Under the pieces are notes generated by a model. It made no database searches, was not told the origin of the DNA, and was given only the letters and a program-made list of their open reading frames with translations. Shown one piece after another: positions 10,301 through 17,184 of a stretch of DNA of 64,000 nucleotides. The stretch spans positions 71,782 to 135,781 of the forward strand of contig CAZWXQ010000002.1 of the NCBI GenBank assembly GCA_964637955.1, in the 5' to 3' direction. The DNA comes from an uncultured Gammaproteobacteria bacterium (GTDB taxonomy: Bacteria; Patescibacteriota; Microgenomatia; Levybacterales; UBA12049). Each line of letters opens with the position of its first letter. Within the stretch, counting starts at the first letter, position 1. A program made the translations under genes and the position numbers.

Positions 10301-11150
10301 ATCTTTTGCGCTTCATTGGTCAAGTCTGGGTACAGATGTCCAGTCTTCAGAGAGAGTAAAAATTATTTCTCAGATAAATAGAGTCCTAACACTTGGTGGG
10401 AAAACTGTAATTACTGTTCCAGACAGTGCTTTTGATGAAGAAACATTTGAGAAATTTGCAGCAACTCTTGAGATAAATTTTGGATTTACGATAGATCAAA
10501 AATTTTCAGGAAAAACATTTGCAATAAGTAAAGCTGGAACAAGAAAGAGACTTGGCTGGGGATTAACCTTAGTAAAAAAAAGTGAAGTTTCACTTCAGGA
10601 CATGAATCTGGGAGATTTAAGTTTTCTTTATGACAGTTTATATTGGATAAGTCACCCGGAAAATGGAAAGAAAAAACCGGAAAAGAAAAAAGACAAAATT
10701 GAAATTGAGGCTGCGCAGATAGATCCGGAAAGATTTGAAATTATTAACTTAGATAATGAGAAAGAAACAATAGTTCTTGATGGCAAATCAGTTGAGGAAA
10801 ATGTTGAATTTCCTCAGATTGTTTCCGAAATTCAAGCGCCAACGGTTACTGGTGCTGTCGAAAATGAGTCAGTTTCACCTCAAGCTCCAGTTGTTGATAG
10901 TGCTTCTACTAATGATAAAGTTTCACCTCAAGCGCAAATTGAGGATTATGAATCATTCTTAAAACAAGACTATCCTTCTTTCAGAAGACTTATACGTCAA
11001 ATCCAAGCAGAAACAGAACTTGGTTGGGATGAGTCGATTGAAATGGCAATAGGTGTTTTGCAATCTTTAGATGCTTCTGGTAGACTTGCCTCGCAAGGAA
11101 GTGCTTATGCTAAGGTGATTAGTGAAGTTAAGAGAAGGAGTAAATTATGA
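4380..11150 (+). CDS. giant multidomain protein (2256 aa). Three tandem ~120-aa repeats of an unknown YWKG-motif domain at the N-terminus, then an SNF2-family helicase-like ATPase, then a class-I SAM-dependent methyltransferase domain, then an acidic C-terminal tail.
   Basis: SNF2 motifs: LRPFPSFEQ (Q-motif-like), AETGLGKS (I), MIIAPAIARETW (Ia), AIIDEIDSL (II, DExx), LGLSATPIRKS (III), GRSQRQGQ (VI). Methyltransferase motifs: LSLGAGTL (I), VVNVDIN (post-I acidic), FDFVDSSFALHW (II), LTLGGKTVITVPD (III). N-terminal repeats are three copies of ...KFYP.YQVGLS...PLPI.YWKG..G.ERL.EA......LDPE.FR...LSLSA...PF.G..IKELNP.....AII.AYPELKL.R.DF...FW. Confidence 0.8.
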   Translation: MTETLPIPIAAVNLQPNLSESPYYTPEQRAQIFEVWAAEEAKIQLQAASDMQWENGMRMEATFPSSDLDLLFFKHESSDGKWIGAEINRKSLQHLIRQEIEGLLSSGKLTSVPEITEQQLKSTRLYGLMLKLYPTWQEAIASSYRGAIKPYTFSADLPQKYWKGEKGKERISEAVKFIIESRLFIKKKDPEEFRKALLSLSPNLLPYIGNSIRKLNPIRSEQVIIDAYPELGLKLEDFEVGNYWHRLHNLDEFLSGPDAATETRQRLFHHLRNLTDKTLLLHEEAMRKKISSSNGNGSHEYLQDDESVAQALEGDPEASHYSESEKEEILQIWERLQKKRVQEELKLDEYVAEDKGYIYAHQDRLADLVLMIESGQEVANLVKNKTEAGILVSSMIGHAQKSLGFALKTDEFDEKVLNQLGVLNIIKKFYPHYQVGLSRSLPLTRPYLFKEPLPIDYWKGNEGRKRLGEAIRTVLEDQICLEKVDPETFRKIILSISAETMPFLGPTLKELNPTNPEDALIAAYPELKLRRVDFLPSTFWSEHVNVQINPVSESEKNMLRAEPSMRPNALKTRRTLIEKMKESQEDLIQRRILELREVLDSEGKVSDAIHVGNIVDGVTSEEGRDEQIQLESLDSGLVSADPEAEDSAEQVDSVASEEVRYYSERELTDIYKHWGILTDKKVLELEHKEQQYLKDSQYISKNKERIGRLINALIDGQDITEEVTSEVEARILVGGRLADLRDTLGIAYGSSDIDAKALENLGLLSILNKFYPNYQVGLSHVMRNSAPPYAFKEPLPIGYWKGKGGQERLNEAVRSTVEQVIAIEKLDPEVFRQAVLSLSAVDIPFIGAAIKELHPDFPQDAIIEAYPELKLKRNDFSPGIFWHDHLITGYDPSLDIDTKSTKGQFLRKKILNDLVIVHQRLAQEKAGRSLEVGGLTAGLAISETSMPEAVQTEQLDLSLVNSEHLSTELVTAEVQLNPELEAIIQEALDGRGDDFELDYAKSYDFQTKFKIAEALIRDGRFPHPDFLIENLGPSENVVVTELKNQLIALKIESRLENSPDLKALIDSGVPIEVVTQIAVVEFFTDITDEEKLEELRSRITQPVLREYLGILKGQKQVKDLTTEEKMDMIPDEVFSNPHIVKFGLLERYFEGQLMRMLTDKGISEGMAEFDKLVQESPAGRQEFLATIRDRFLEIATAPAPPGFRSKISVNGELRPFPSFEQNAFLYDFINNNCRFLTAETGLGKSATSFMAMESTDARKVMIIAPAIARETWRIEEEKIFTNPGQVFIVEKAEHLFDPQISEKKYIVISQNLLGTLEGKPEVATRIKELITEQGIEGAIIDEIDSLSNPRAISVKSTFQILDLIRANYALAHDGKEAPVLGLSATPIRKSISDLDAPMSMLYPDLYARSFAASSSSKRTFSQKTLSNPEVVFATLIGERRMFRWENANGVQEFNYASIPIDLSPFERELYEYVLERVPTQSLDKIRILEDLLLNPNLIKAEVRRIQKDGIGEVDFIETLGILKGVAKKWKDHHGVDAPLSEDQMLSIDRLVEMGYTDLAIKSFFTQTYDNGLDYLVELFTRDTDDPDLQTLGRFWKPREISTKYDELRQMVLDGLSPRTEDGQVVREKVFIVSPSRKQGRTKGVQQRTIASENGREKLYTESELDYINDTTLIKRINGWLGTNYGKDAVMLLDGSIPVKARNAIIQRWKSDPNAQVLLVTLESTYQSRDFTIQETVNEYGIKTKGVTKVFLGWPWYHQQFKQMVGRSQRQGQIVPVRNVVLEASGTIDQGKRDQVMYTALLTRLALGGARLTPEEQEFFDERKSSARLIDAGLDSTYMRDSLVTVRAKGEDRAVEFYEARTIRDKEKTNEVKFAEKYFDEGNDQYRVAGQNSQLVAAIASETLPSNARTLSLGAGTLLFQRSLKRPVVNVDINSAMMDVAKHLVEEYGGVNVVGRASRLNESDFVSNSFDFVDSSFALHWSSLGTDVQSSERVKIISQINRVLTLGGKTVITVPDSAFDEETFEKFAATLEINFGFTIDQKFSGKTFAISKAGTRKRLGWGLTLVKKSEVSLQDMNLGDLSFLYDSLYWISHPENGKKKPEKKKDKIEIEAAQIDPERFEIINLDNEKETIVLDGKSVEENVEFPQIVSEIQAPTVTGAVENESVSPQAPVVDSASTNDKVSPQAQIEDYESFLKQDYPSFRRLIRQIQAETELGWDESIEMAIGVLQSLDASGRLASQGSAYAKVISEVKRRSKL
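4752..7026 (+). repeat. three diverged tandem copies of a ~360-nt coding unit (~120-aa domain) inside the giant gene. Units lie at approximately 4752-5111, 5640-6000 and 6660-7026.
   Basis: Protein-level repeats are ~45-55% identical. Conserved nucleotide stretches such as ttttatcct(c/a)attatcaggtagg occur at ~5662 and ~6682. Confidence 0.7.
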
Positions 11151-11704
11151 ATGAGCAAGATAGAGCAGGCTATTTGGAGCAAAGAAACAATGATTTTTTT
11201 GGAATGAGCGTTGTAGCTTTAGCTGAATCATTGCAAGACCGTGTAGTAGTGGATTCAGTTTCTGGAAAAAAATTTAGATTAATGACTCTTCAGCCATGGA
11301 CTAAAGATAGCGTTGGTCCAAGATATAGTGCTATTCAGGGAATGCAAGCAGGAGATTTATATGCTGCGCCATATAAACAAGGTGCTAGGGAAACGACCCA
11401 AGCATTAATTGTAGCGTCTGAAGATGGAAATGTTGGCGCCTGCGTTAGGATAGTTAAAGCTGAGGGTTGGGATGAAATTGCACGTAGATTTGTTCCTATG
11501 AAAACCGAAGGATCTCTGGTTAAATTTTTAGGATTGGAACCTGAAGAAAAAGGAAGTTTACGTTTTACTAATGACTCTGAATATTTAACTTTAATTAGGT
11601 CTCCTAGAGAAAATGCTAGTGTCGAGCCAGCAGTTTCAGTTCCCGATGTTGACGTAGCGCGGGCGGATGCTAGAATGCGAAAATTGGCAGAAGGTTTAAG
11701 CTAG
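11147..11704 (+). CDS. hypothetical protein (185 aa), translationally coupled to the giant gene
   Basis: Its ATG at 11147 overlaps the giant gene's TGA at 11148-11150 (ATGA overlap). No recognisable domain. Confidence 0.55.
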   Translation: MNEQDRAGYLEQRNNDFFGMSVVALAESLQDRVVVDSVSGKKFRLMTLQPWTKDSVGPRYSAIQGMQAGDLYAAPYKQGARETTQALIVASEDGNVGACVRIVKAEGWDEIARRFVPMKTEGSLVKFLGLEPEEKGSLRFTNDSEYLTLIRSPRENASVEPAVSVPDVDVARADARMRKLAEGLS

Positions 11705-11881
11705 CTGCAAATTTGACCTCGTATTTTGCTACAAAATTCTTACTTCTTTTTGATAGCTATCATAAATAATTTTCCTATTGTTTATACATGAATATTTAGA
11801 TGTTTGATCTAAGTATAAGAAACATTAAAGCTCATTACTTTGCAATTCGCTAAGAGATTTCTAAAAGGGGGGTGAAAATAT

Positions 11882-12013
11882 ATGGCAAAAAAAGGAAAAG
11901 GTTGGTTTGGGGATTCAGAAGGACATGCTAAGGCAGGCCGAAAAGGAGGTATTGCCAGAGGCAAAAGGAGTAGAGAAAATAGTTCTTCTTCAAAGCAGAA
12001 CATGAATAGCTAG
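11882..12013 (+). CDS. small KGG-repeat stress-induced-protein-like peptide (43 aa). Not in the ORF track because it is under 60 aa.
   Basis: Translation MAKKGKGWFGDSEGHAKAGRKGGIARGKRSRENSSSSKQNMNS. The GWFGD...AGRKGG...RG motif resembles the YciG/Con-6-type KGG repeat. A perfect extended SD aaaGGGGGGTGAaaa lies 7 nt upstream. A rho-independent terminator follows it. Confidence 0.5.
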   Translation: MAKKGKGWFGDSEGHAKAGRKGGIARGKRSRENSSSSKQNMNS

Positions 12014-12044
12014 TCTCAAAAGTACTAAAGTAAAGCCTAAAATA

Positions 12045-12078
12045 AAACAGCCAGAATATTTGGCTGTTTTATTTTTTC
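12045..12078 (+). terminator. rho-independent terminator after the KGG peptide gene
   Basis: Stem aaacagcca / tggctgttt with loop gaatatt, followed by tattttttc. Confidence 0.5.
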
Positions 12079-12333
12079 TTTGAACATAAATTTCATTGCT
12101 ACCAAATTCTTACTCGCTTTTGCTTTTCTTCTTAACTAAAAACTTTAATATGCTAGTTAATATGAATTTAGAAATTAAAGAGAAAGAGAAAGGGATACAA
12201 GAAGCACTTGCGTTTATTACAAAGCTTATTAGAAGATTTTAGTCCTAACAGCCTTCGGCTTTAGGATAAGTAGCTCTAAATCTCGTACCAATTGGTACTC
12301 AATAAGAGGCTACTAAAAAGGGGGTGAAAAATT

Positions 12334-12471
12334 ATGTTTGAAGATCCAAAAAAGAACCAAAATCAAAATGATAAAGGTAGCGCTGGAGGACAAGCTTCTC
12401 AAGATGCAACTGAAGCTGGGAGCCTTGATTACGGAGGAGCTGAGCAAAGCGACACCGATACAATAGAGTAA
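12334..12471 (+). CDS. small acidic hypothetical peptide (45 aa)
   Basis: Translation MFEDPKKNQNQNDKGSAGGQASQDATEAGSLDYGGAEQSDTDTIE. It is preceded by the same extended SD (aaaaaGGGGGTGAaaaattATG) as the KGG gene. A strong hairpin follows it. Confidence 0.4.
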   Translation: MFEDPKKNQNQNDKGSAGGQASQDATEAGSLDYGGAEQSDTDTIE

Positions 12472-12497
12472 CATTCTGGGCAAAGAATGATTCTATT

Positions 12498-12525
12498 AAA
12501 GCAAACCGCATTCGCGGTTTGCTTT
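12498..12525. terminator. bidirectional terminator hairpin between convergent genes
   Basis: Perfect 12-bp stem aaagcaaaccgc / gcggtttgcttt with loop attc. A T-rich tract tttaatttat follows on the + side. The hairpin overlaps the stop of the minus-strand gene by 2 nt. Confidence 0.55.
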
Positions 12526-13009
12526 AATTTATCACGAAATTGTTTTCATCTAAAATTTTATTTAGAAGCTTAATGCTTTTTTCAAGTGCAATATCTAGGA
12601 ACATAATATCTTTAGGAGTGATATCTATAAAAATATGAAAAGTGCCTTTAGCATCTTTTTTCCAATTCCAGTTGGTAACACCTTTAAAAATTGCTTTTTT
12701 GTATCCATTCTGTATTTTTAGCTCACAAAGATACTCTAGGAGGATATGTTCGAACAGGTGGCCAATTTCTGTATTCTTAACCTCTTCGTTAAAGGGAAGT
12801 CCTGAATCATTAAAGCATTCTGTTTTAAGTACTGTTGGTAAATTGTATCTGAGTATTTGATGCGTGAAAGGGAGGTGAATAGTATGGAAAAAAGAAGTAT
12901 TTAGCGTCATTATTATAGACGTTTGATCTGAAAGATGTTTAATTGCTAAGTTGTATGACTTTTCGTTTACTAATAGGGGATTAATGTTGTGGATAGTTTT
13001 GATGCTCAT
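12524..13009 (-). CDS. hypothetical protein (161 aa)
   Basis: Clean ORF with no recognisable domain. A TTGACA hexamer (+ strand tgtcaa at 13103-13108) lies ~95 nt upstream on the minus strand. Confidence 0.5.
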   Translation of the reverse strand: MSIKTIHNINPLLVNEKSYNLAIKHLSDQTSIIMTLNTSFFHTIHLPFTHQILRYNLPTVLKTECFNDSGLPFNEEVKNTEIGHLFEHILLEYLCELKIQNGYKKAIFKGVTNWNWKKDAKGTFHIFIDITPKDIMFLDIALEKSIKLLNKILDENNFVIN

Positions 13010-13126
13010 TAAATATTAAATTCTTTTTTACGAAATTTAGTAATTATTTTTACCTAACTCTTACATTACATTAGGATTTTGCTAACTGTCAAGCAAAAGT
13101 GTATTGGTATGATTTGATACGCTATA

Positions 13127-14260
13127 TTAAAGCTGACTGGGGTCAATTTGAATTATTCGGTCGTCCTGTGAGACAGGTTTTCCTCGTCCATCGCGATTGC
13201 TGGTGGAAATATAAAGTAAATTATCAGGTCCAAGAGTTACAGCTCTAATTCTGCCAAATTCATTTAAAAGATGTTTCTTGATGATCGCATTACTATTTTC
13301 AACTCTTAACTCGTACAGCGCTTCTCCCTTTAGACCGGCAAAGAAAAAAGAGTCATTAATAAATTCAGCGCTTGCTGGTGCCCAAGTTTCTTGACCACTC
13401 TGAGCAAATGGGGACTCCATGCCACTTTTAGTTTCTGTGCCTTGTATCTCTGGCCAGCCATAGTTTTTACCTTTAACAATTATGTTTACTTCGTCAAATC
13501 CTGATGGAGCAGATCTGCCGTGCTCAGTAGACCATAAGCGTCCTTGTTTATCCCATGAGATACCTTGTGGATTCCTGTGTCCATAGGAATAAACTAGATT
13601 GTTAAATGGATTTCCTGTGGCTGGGGAACCTTCATCTGTTACTCTTAGGATTTTACCTGCGAGAGAATTTGTGTTTTGCGCTAAAGATGGATTAAGAGAA
13701 TCTCCAGTTGTAATGTACAGAAATCCATCAGGTCCGAATTTAATTCTTCCACCATTGTGATAAATAGCGCCAGGAATATTATCAAGAATAACTTTTCTGT
13801 CAGTAAGATTTCCATTTTCATATTTATATCTTACGACTCGATTTTTTGTTTCATTGCCATTTGCTGCATAAGTGTAATATAAATACATATATTTATTTTT
13901 TTGAAAATCTGGATGAATAGTAAGTCCCATAAGTCCGCCTTCGCCATAAATTTTTACATCTGGGATTTTTGCAACAGTAGTGACTTGTCCATTTGCAATT
14001 AGTTTTAATTTACCCGTTCTTTCTGTAAAGAGGATTTTTTTTGGCTCGTTTTTTTTGGATTCAGGTAAAAAAGCAATTTCCCAAGGAATTTCAACACCGG
14101 TAGTAATAACTGTAACTATTTCCGGATTTTTTGTGCCATTTTCAGATTTGGTGGAACTGGTAGGAAGAATTGAAATCGGACCTGATTTTTTTTGATAAAA
14201 ATTTAAAGCTAAGGCACCTATTATAATTATAGAAATTACTATTATTAAAATCTTTGACAT
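13127..14260 (-). CDS. soluble PQQ-type glucose/sorbosone dehydrogenase family beta-propeller protein (YliI-like aldose sugar dehydrogenase) with an N-terminal membrane anchor
   Basis: Motifs GLMGLTIHPDF, GGRIKFGPDGFLYITTGD, HRNPQGISWD, EHGRSAPSGFDEVNII and GKNYGWPE match the sGDH/sorbosone dehydrogenase family. N-terminus MSKILIIVISIIIIGALALNF is an anchor. Confidence 0.8.
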   Translation of the reverse strand: MSKILIIVISIIIIGALALNFYQKKSGPISILPTSSTKSENGTKNPEIVTVITTGVEIPWEIAFLPESKKNEPKKILFTERTGKLKLIANGQVTTVAKIPDVKIYGEGGLMGLTIHPDFQKNKYMYLYYTYAANGNETKNRVVRYKYENGNLTDRKVILDNIPGAIYHNGGRIKFGPDGFLYITTGDSLNPSLAQNTNSLAGKILRVTDEGSPATGNPFNNLVYSYGHRNPQGISWDKQGRLWSTEHGRSAPSGFDEVNIIVKGKNYGWPEIQGTETKSGMESPFAQSGQETWAPASAEFINDSFFFAGLKGEALYELRVENSNAIIKKHLLNEFGRIRAVTLGPDNLLYISTSNRDGRGKPVSQDDRIIQIDPSQL

Positions 14261-14309
14261 GGAATTTATTATACACTTTAAAGAGATAAAATTATCCGAA
14301 CGTTTATAA

Positions 14310-14456
14310 TTAAAATCTTAAAATTCCGAGACCCAAAAGTCCTGAAATAATTAAAAATATTGCAATTAAATAATTTAAAAATTTTGGAAATATCAAAATT
14401 AAAATTCCAAACAATATAGCCATTATTGGTGTTAATAAATCAATTGTTAAGGTCAA
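14310..14456 (-). CDS. small hydrophobic membrane peptide (48 aa, TTG start). Not in the ORF track.
   Basis: GGAGGTGA at 14463-14470 on the minus strand sits 6 nt before TTG. Translation (M)TLTIDLLTPIMAILFGILILIFPKFLNYLIAIFLIISGLLGLGILRF gives two TM helices. Confidence 0.35.
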   Translation of the reverse strand: MTLTIDLLTPIMAILFGILILIFPKFLNYLIAIFLIISGLLGLGILRF

Positions 14457-14563
14457 ATTAAATCACCTCCAGACATATAACTTGAATTATGCTCATTAAT
14501 TGCTTGAAGCAAATAAAAATAATGTAAGAATTTGAAAAAGATTAAAATTTGAAGCTTTGATTA

Positions 14564-15577
14564 TTAAAAAGATTCTTTTCGAGGACATCCTTCTGGGGCT
14601 GTATTTCTTTTTATTGCCTCACGTCTACTTGTGCCATCAAGTAAAGCGCGCACATTTTGATCAAGCATTTCTTTTCTATGATCGGAGAGAGACCTGAACC
14701 ATTCTCCTACATTTGCTTCATAGACTTCATCTAAATATTTAGAAAAATCTTCAAGCATTGGTCGAGGTTTATACCCGGGGATAGATTCTCTTAAAAAGGT
14801 TTGAGTTTTTTCTGAAGGCATATTTGAAGAAGGACAGCCAATAGCTTTACCCAGTCCTAGGCTTCTAAGCATTTCGAGATTCAGTCCCACTCTAGAATTA
14901 TCAAGAAGTTGGTATCTTTCATGATCTTTTTGATGCGGAAAGCCAGAGCTATCTGTGCTTAACTGGCGACTTGTTTCATCAATTTTATCCAAGCTAGTTT
15001 TTGCAATTCTCTTTGTTAATACTGGTCTAAATTCATCTCCAAATAAGCCTTTTAGTAGTACTCCGAATTCCGCTCCGGTTCTTATGCCTTGTTTGATAAC
15101 GTTATCTGTGTGGTTATAAGTTAAAAGTGTAGATTGTGCCTCATTTCTTATAGCTGAAAAATTTCGTTCAGCCGATTTTGCTAAGTCTAATACTAAGTCA
15201 TTTCTAAATATGCTTAGTTCTTTCGGTAGTCTTGCAGCTCTGATTGCGTCATCTATATCTGAGGGCGCTACAGCTTCACCAAAATTAATCCCGTTCATTT
15301 TCAAGAATAGATCCCATGAATTTTCAAGGGTCCAAGATAATGAGTATTCAAAGCTCTTTGGAATATTTATTGTTCCAACTTCAAATTCTGCCTGAGCATT
15401 AAATGGGATATCGCTACAACCATCAAGTAGAATAGGCGGAATATTTCCTGATTCAACTCTAGCTTTATGAAATTCCCAAAATATACTTATCAGATCTGTA
15501 AAATCTTGATACGTATCTCTTTTGGAAGGCAAGTTTGTATGTGAATAATGTGTAGACATAAGGAATAATTTTAGCAC
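14564..15577 (-). CDS. hypothetical protein (337 aa)
   Basis: Long clean ORF with GC slightly above the local background. No recognisable catalytic motif. Confidence 0.5.
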   Translation of the reverse strand: MLKLFLMSTHYSHTNLPSKRDTYQDFTDLISIFWEFHKARVESGNIPPILLDGCSDIPFNAQAEFEVGTINIPKSFEYSLSWTLENSWDLFLKMNGINFGEAVAPSDIDDAIRAARLPKELSIFRNDLVLDLAKSAERNFSAIRNEAQSTLLTYNHTDNVIKQGIRTGAEFGVLLKGLFGDEFRPVLTKRIAKTSLDKIDETSRQLSTDSSGFPHQKDHERYQLLDNSRVGLNLEMLRSLGLGKAIGCPSSNMPSEKTQTFLRESIPGYKPRPMLEDFSKYLDEVYEANVGEWFRSLSDHRKEMLDQNVRALLDGTSRREAIKRNTAPEGCPRKESF

Positions 15578-15636
15578 AAAAGGTCGCCATAATCAAACTA
15601 TAGGATTATATTTTTAAATTTATCACTAATCAGGTG

Positions 15637-15666
15637 TTTGACTTTAGCCTCAATTTTGGGTATAAT
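15637..15666 (+). promoter_or_regulatory. near-consensus sigma70 promoter (TTGACT, 17-nt spacer, TATAAT)
   Basis: ttgact ttagcctcaattttggg tataat. The -10 ends 12 nt before the ATG at 15679, so the 5' UTR is only about 6 nt. Confidence 0.5.
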
Positions 15667-15678
15667 CCACAAACCTCA

Positions 15679-16377
15679 ATGATAGAAGAGCTCCGAAAGG
15701 ATTTACAGAAACTGTCCAACAAGAAAAGAGCTTCTGATATGCAAAAATTCTTCAAAACTGGGGAAGGAGAATATGCATACGGAGACGTCTTTATTGGTTT
15801 AACTGTGCCTCAGTCCAGAAAAGTAGCCGAAAAATATAAAGATATTTCGTTTGAAGATCTTTATAAATTAATTAGATCAGAGATTCATGAAGAAAGATTT
15901 ATAGCACTTCTTGTTTTAGTCAATAATTTTAGAGCAGATGAAATGTTACAGCGTAGGATTTATGAATTTTTTATGAAGAATATTAAGTTTGTGAATAATT
16001 GGGATTTGGTAGATTTGTCCGCTGATAAAATTGTGGGAGGTTATCTTATAGATAAGCCAAAGCATGTCCTATATAAGCTTGCTTCATCGAAAAATATGTG
16101 GGAAAGAAGAATAGCTATGATTGCTACGTACAATTTTATAAAAAATGAAATGTTTGATGATGCTATAGGTATTGCTGAGAAGCTAATTGAAGATGATAAT
16201 GATCTTATTCAAAAAGCTGTTGGTTGGATGCTTCGCGAAGTAGGGAAAAGAAATAAATCTATTGAAGAAGCGTTTCTTAAAAAACACCATAAGGAAATGG
16301 GAAGAACTGCGCTTCGTTACTCTCTTGAGAAATTCCCAGAGGACTCTAGAAAAGAGTACATGTTAGGAATAGTTTAA
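15679..16377 (+). CDS. DNA alkylation repair protein, AlkD/AlkC-like HEAT-repeat DNA glycosylase family (232 aa). The track ORF starts at 15634, but the promoter position argues for the ATG at 15679.
   Basis: Family signature ...NNWDLVDLSADKIVGGYL...SKNMWERRIAMIATYNFIK...LIQKAVGWMLREVGKRN.... The 15634 start would place the consensus promoter inside the coding sequence. Confidence 0.7.
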   Translation: MIEELRKDLQKLSNKKRASDMQKFFKTGEGEYAYGDVFIGLTVPQSRKVAEKYKDISFEDLYKLIRSEIHEERFIALLVLVNNFRADEMLQRRIYEFFMKNIKFVNNWDLVDLSADKIVGGYLIDKPKHVLYKLASSKNMWERRIAMIATYNFIKNEMFDDAIGIAEKLIEDDNDLIQKAVGWMLREVGKRNKSIEEAFLKKHHKEMGRTALRYSLEKFPEDSRKEYMLGIV

Positions 16378-17162
16378 ACTTCGAACTTTAGACATAAAGG
16401 AAGATGGTCGGAAACTACGTCTGACATAACTTTAAAATCATTCACCCAAATCCCCTTAGTTACAATTGCATAGTCTGCGAATAAATCCTCTTTTCTATAT
16501 AAAGGATCATAAAGTTTACTTCTTGTGGTTTTGGCTTTTGATTCTTTTGTTAAATTTCTCATTCCTACTTCTTCAAACATGAGAAGTGCTTTTGTTTCGA
16601 TTCTTAAATTAAAATCCCCAGCTATGATAGATGGTAATTTATTTTCTTTAATAAAGTCTATGATTCTTTGGGACTGAATAAATCTTTCAGGTGTATCAAT
16701 CTTGGGCGCAGGCTGCCAAAAGCCATGCACATTAAGAACTAAAAACTTATTATTTTCAATTTCTATTTCAGAGTAAATAAAATTTCTAGGAAAATTAAGT
16801 CTGCCATCGGGATAATATTCACTGGCATCATTAAATTTTTTATGCATAAAAATTTCTCCTTGGCGGTTAACTTTAACCCCTTTTTTTATAAATGTTGCTT
16901 GCCCAAATTCTAGAGGAAAATCCACTTTGCCTCGTGTATCATGGCCTTTTGCGGTGGGAGAGTAGTAGAAATCGAAATCAGGTAAATGTTTTATTAGATC
17001 ATTTATTATATTTGAATGTGAGGAATGAGTAATTACGTCGCGATCTGATCTAAAAACTTCTTGAAATAAAAATATATCCGCTTTATTTTTATGCTTGTCT
17101 ATAAAATTTAGTAGAGGTTTATAAACTTTTCCACCCCAAATATTAAGAGAAATGAGCAGCAT
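16374..17162 (-). CDS. endonuclease/exonuclease/phosphatase (EEP) family protein. Start moved to the internal Met at 17162.
   Basis: EEP motifs ISLNIWGG, DIFLFQEV, VLNVHGFW, IIAGDFNL and SDHLPLCLKFEV. The track start at 17339 would overlap the divergent gene by 188 nt. Confidence 0.65.
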   Translation of the reverse strand: MLLISLNIWGGKVYKPLLNFIDKHKNKADIFLFQEVFRSDRDVITHSSHSNIINDLIKHLPDFDFYYSPTAKGHDTRGKVDFPLEFGQATFIKKGVKVNRQGEIFMHKKFNDASEYYPDGRLNFPRNFIYSEIEIENNKFLVLNVHGFWQPAPKIDTPERFIQSQRIIDFIKENKLPSIIAGDFNLRIETKALLMFEEVGMRNLTKESKAKTTRSKLYDPLYRKEDLFADYAIVTKGIWVNDFKVMSDVVSDHLPLCLKFEV

Positions 17163-17184
17163 TAATTTATTATACACAGTATTG

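Noticed and set aside
11809-12003. 64-aa minus-strand ORF from the track overlapping the KGG-peptide gene
   Set aside because: It has no RBS. It overlaps a plus-strand ORF that has a perfect extended SD, a recognisable KGG motif and its own terminator. It is judged spurious.
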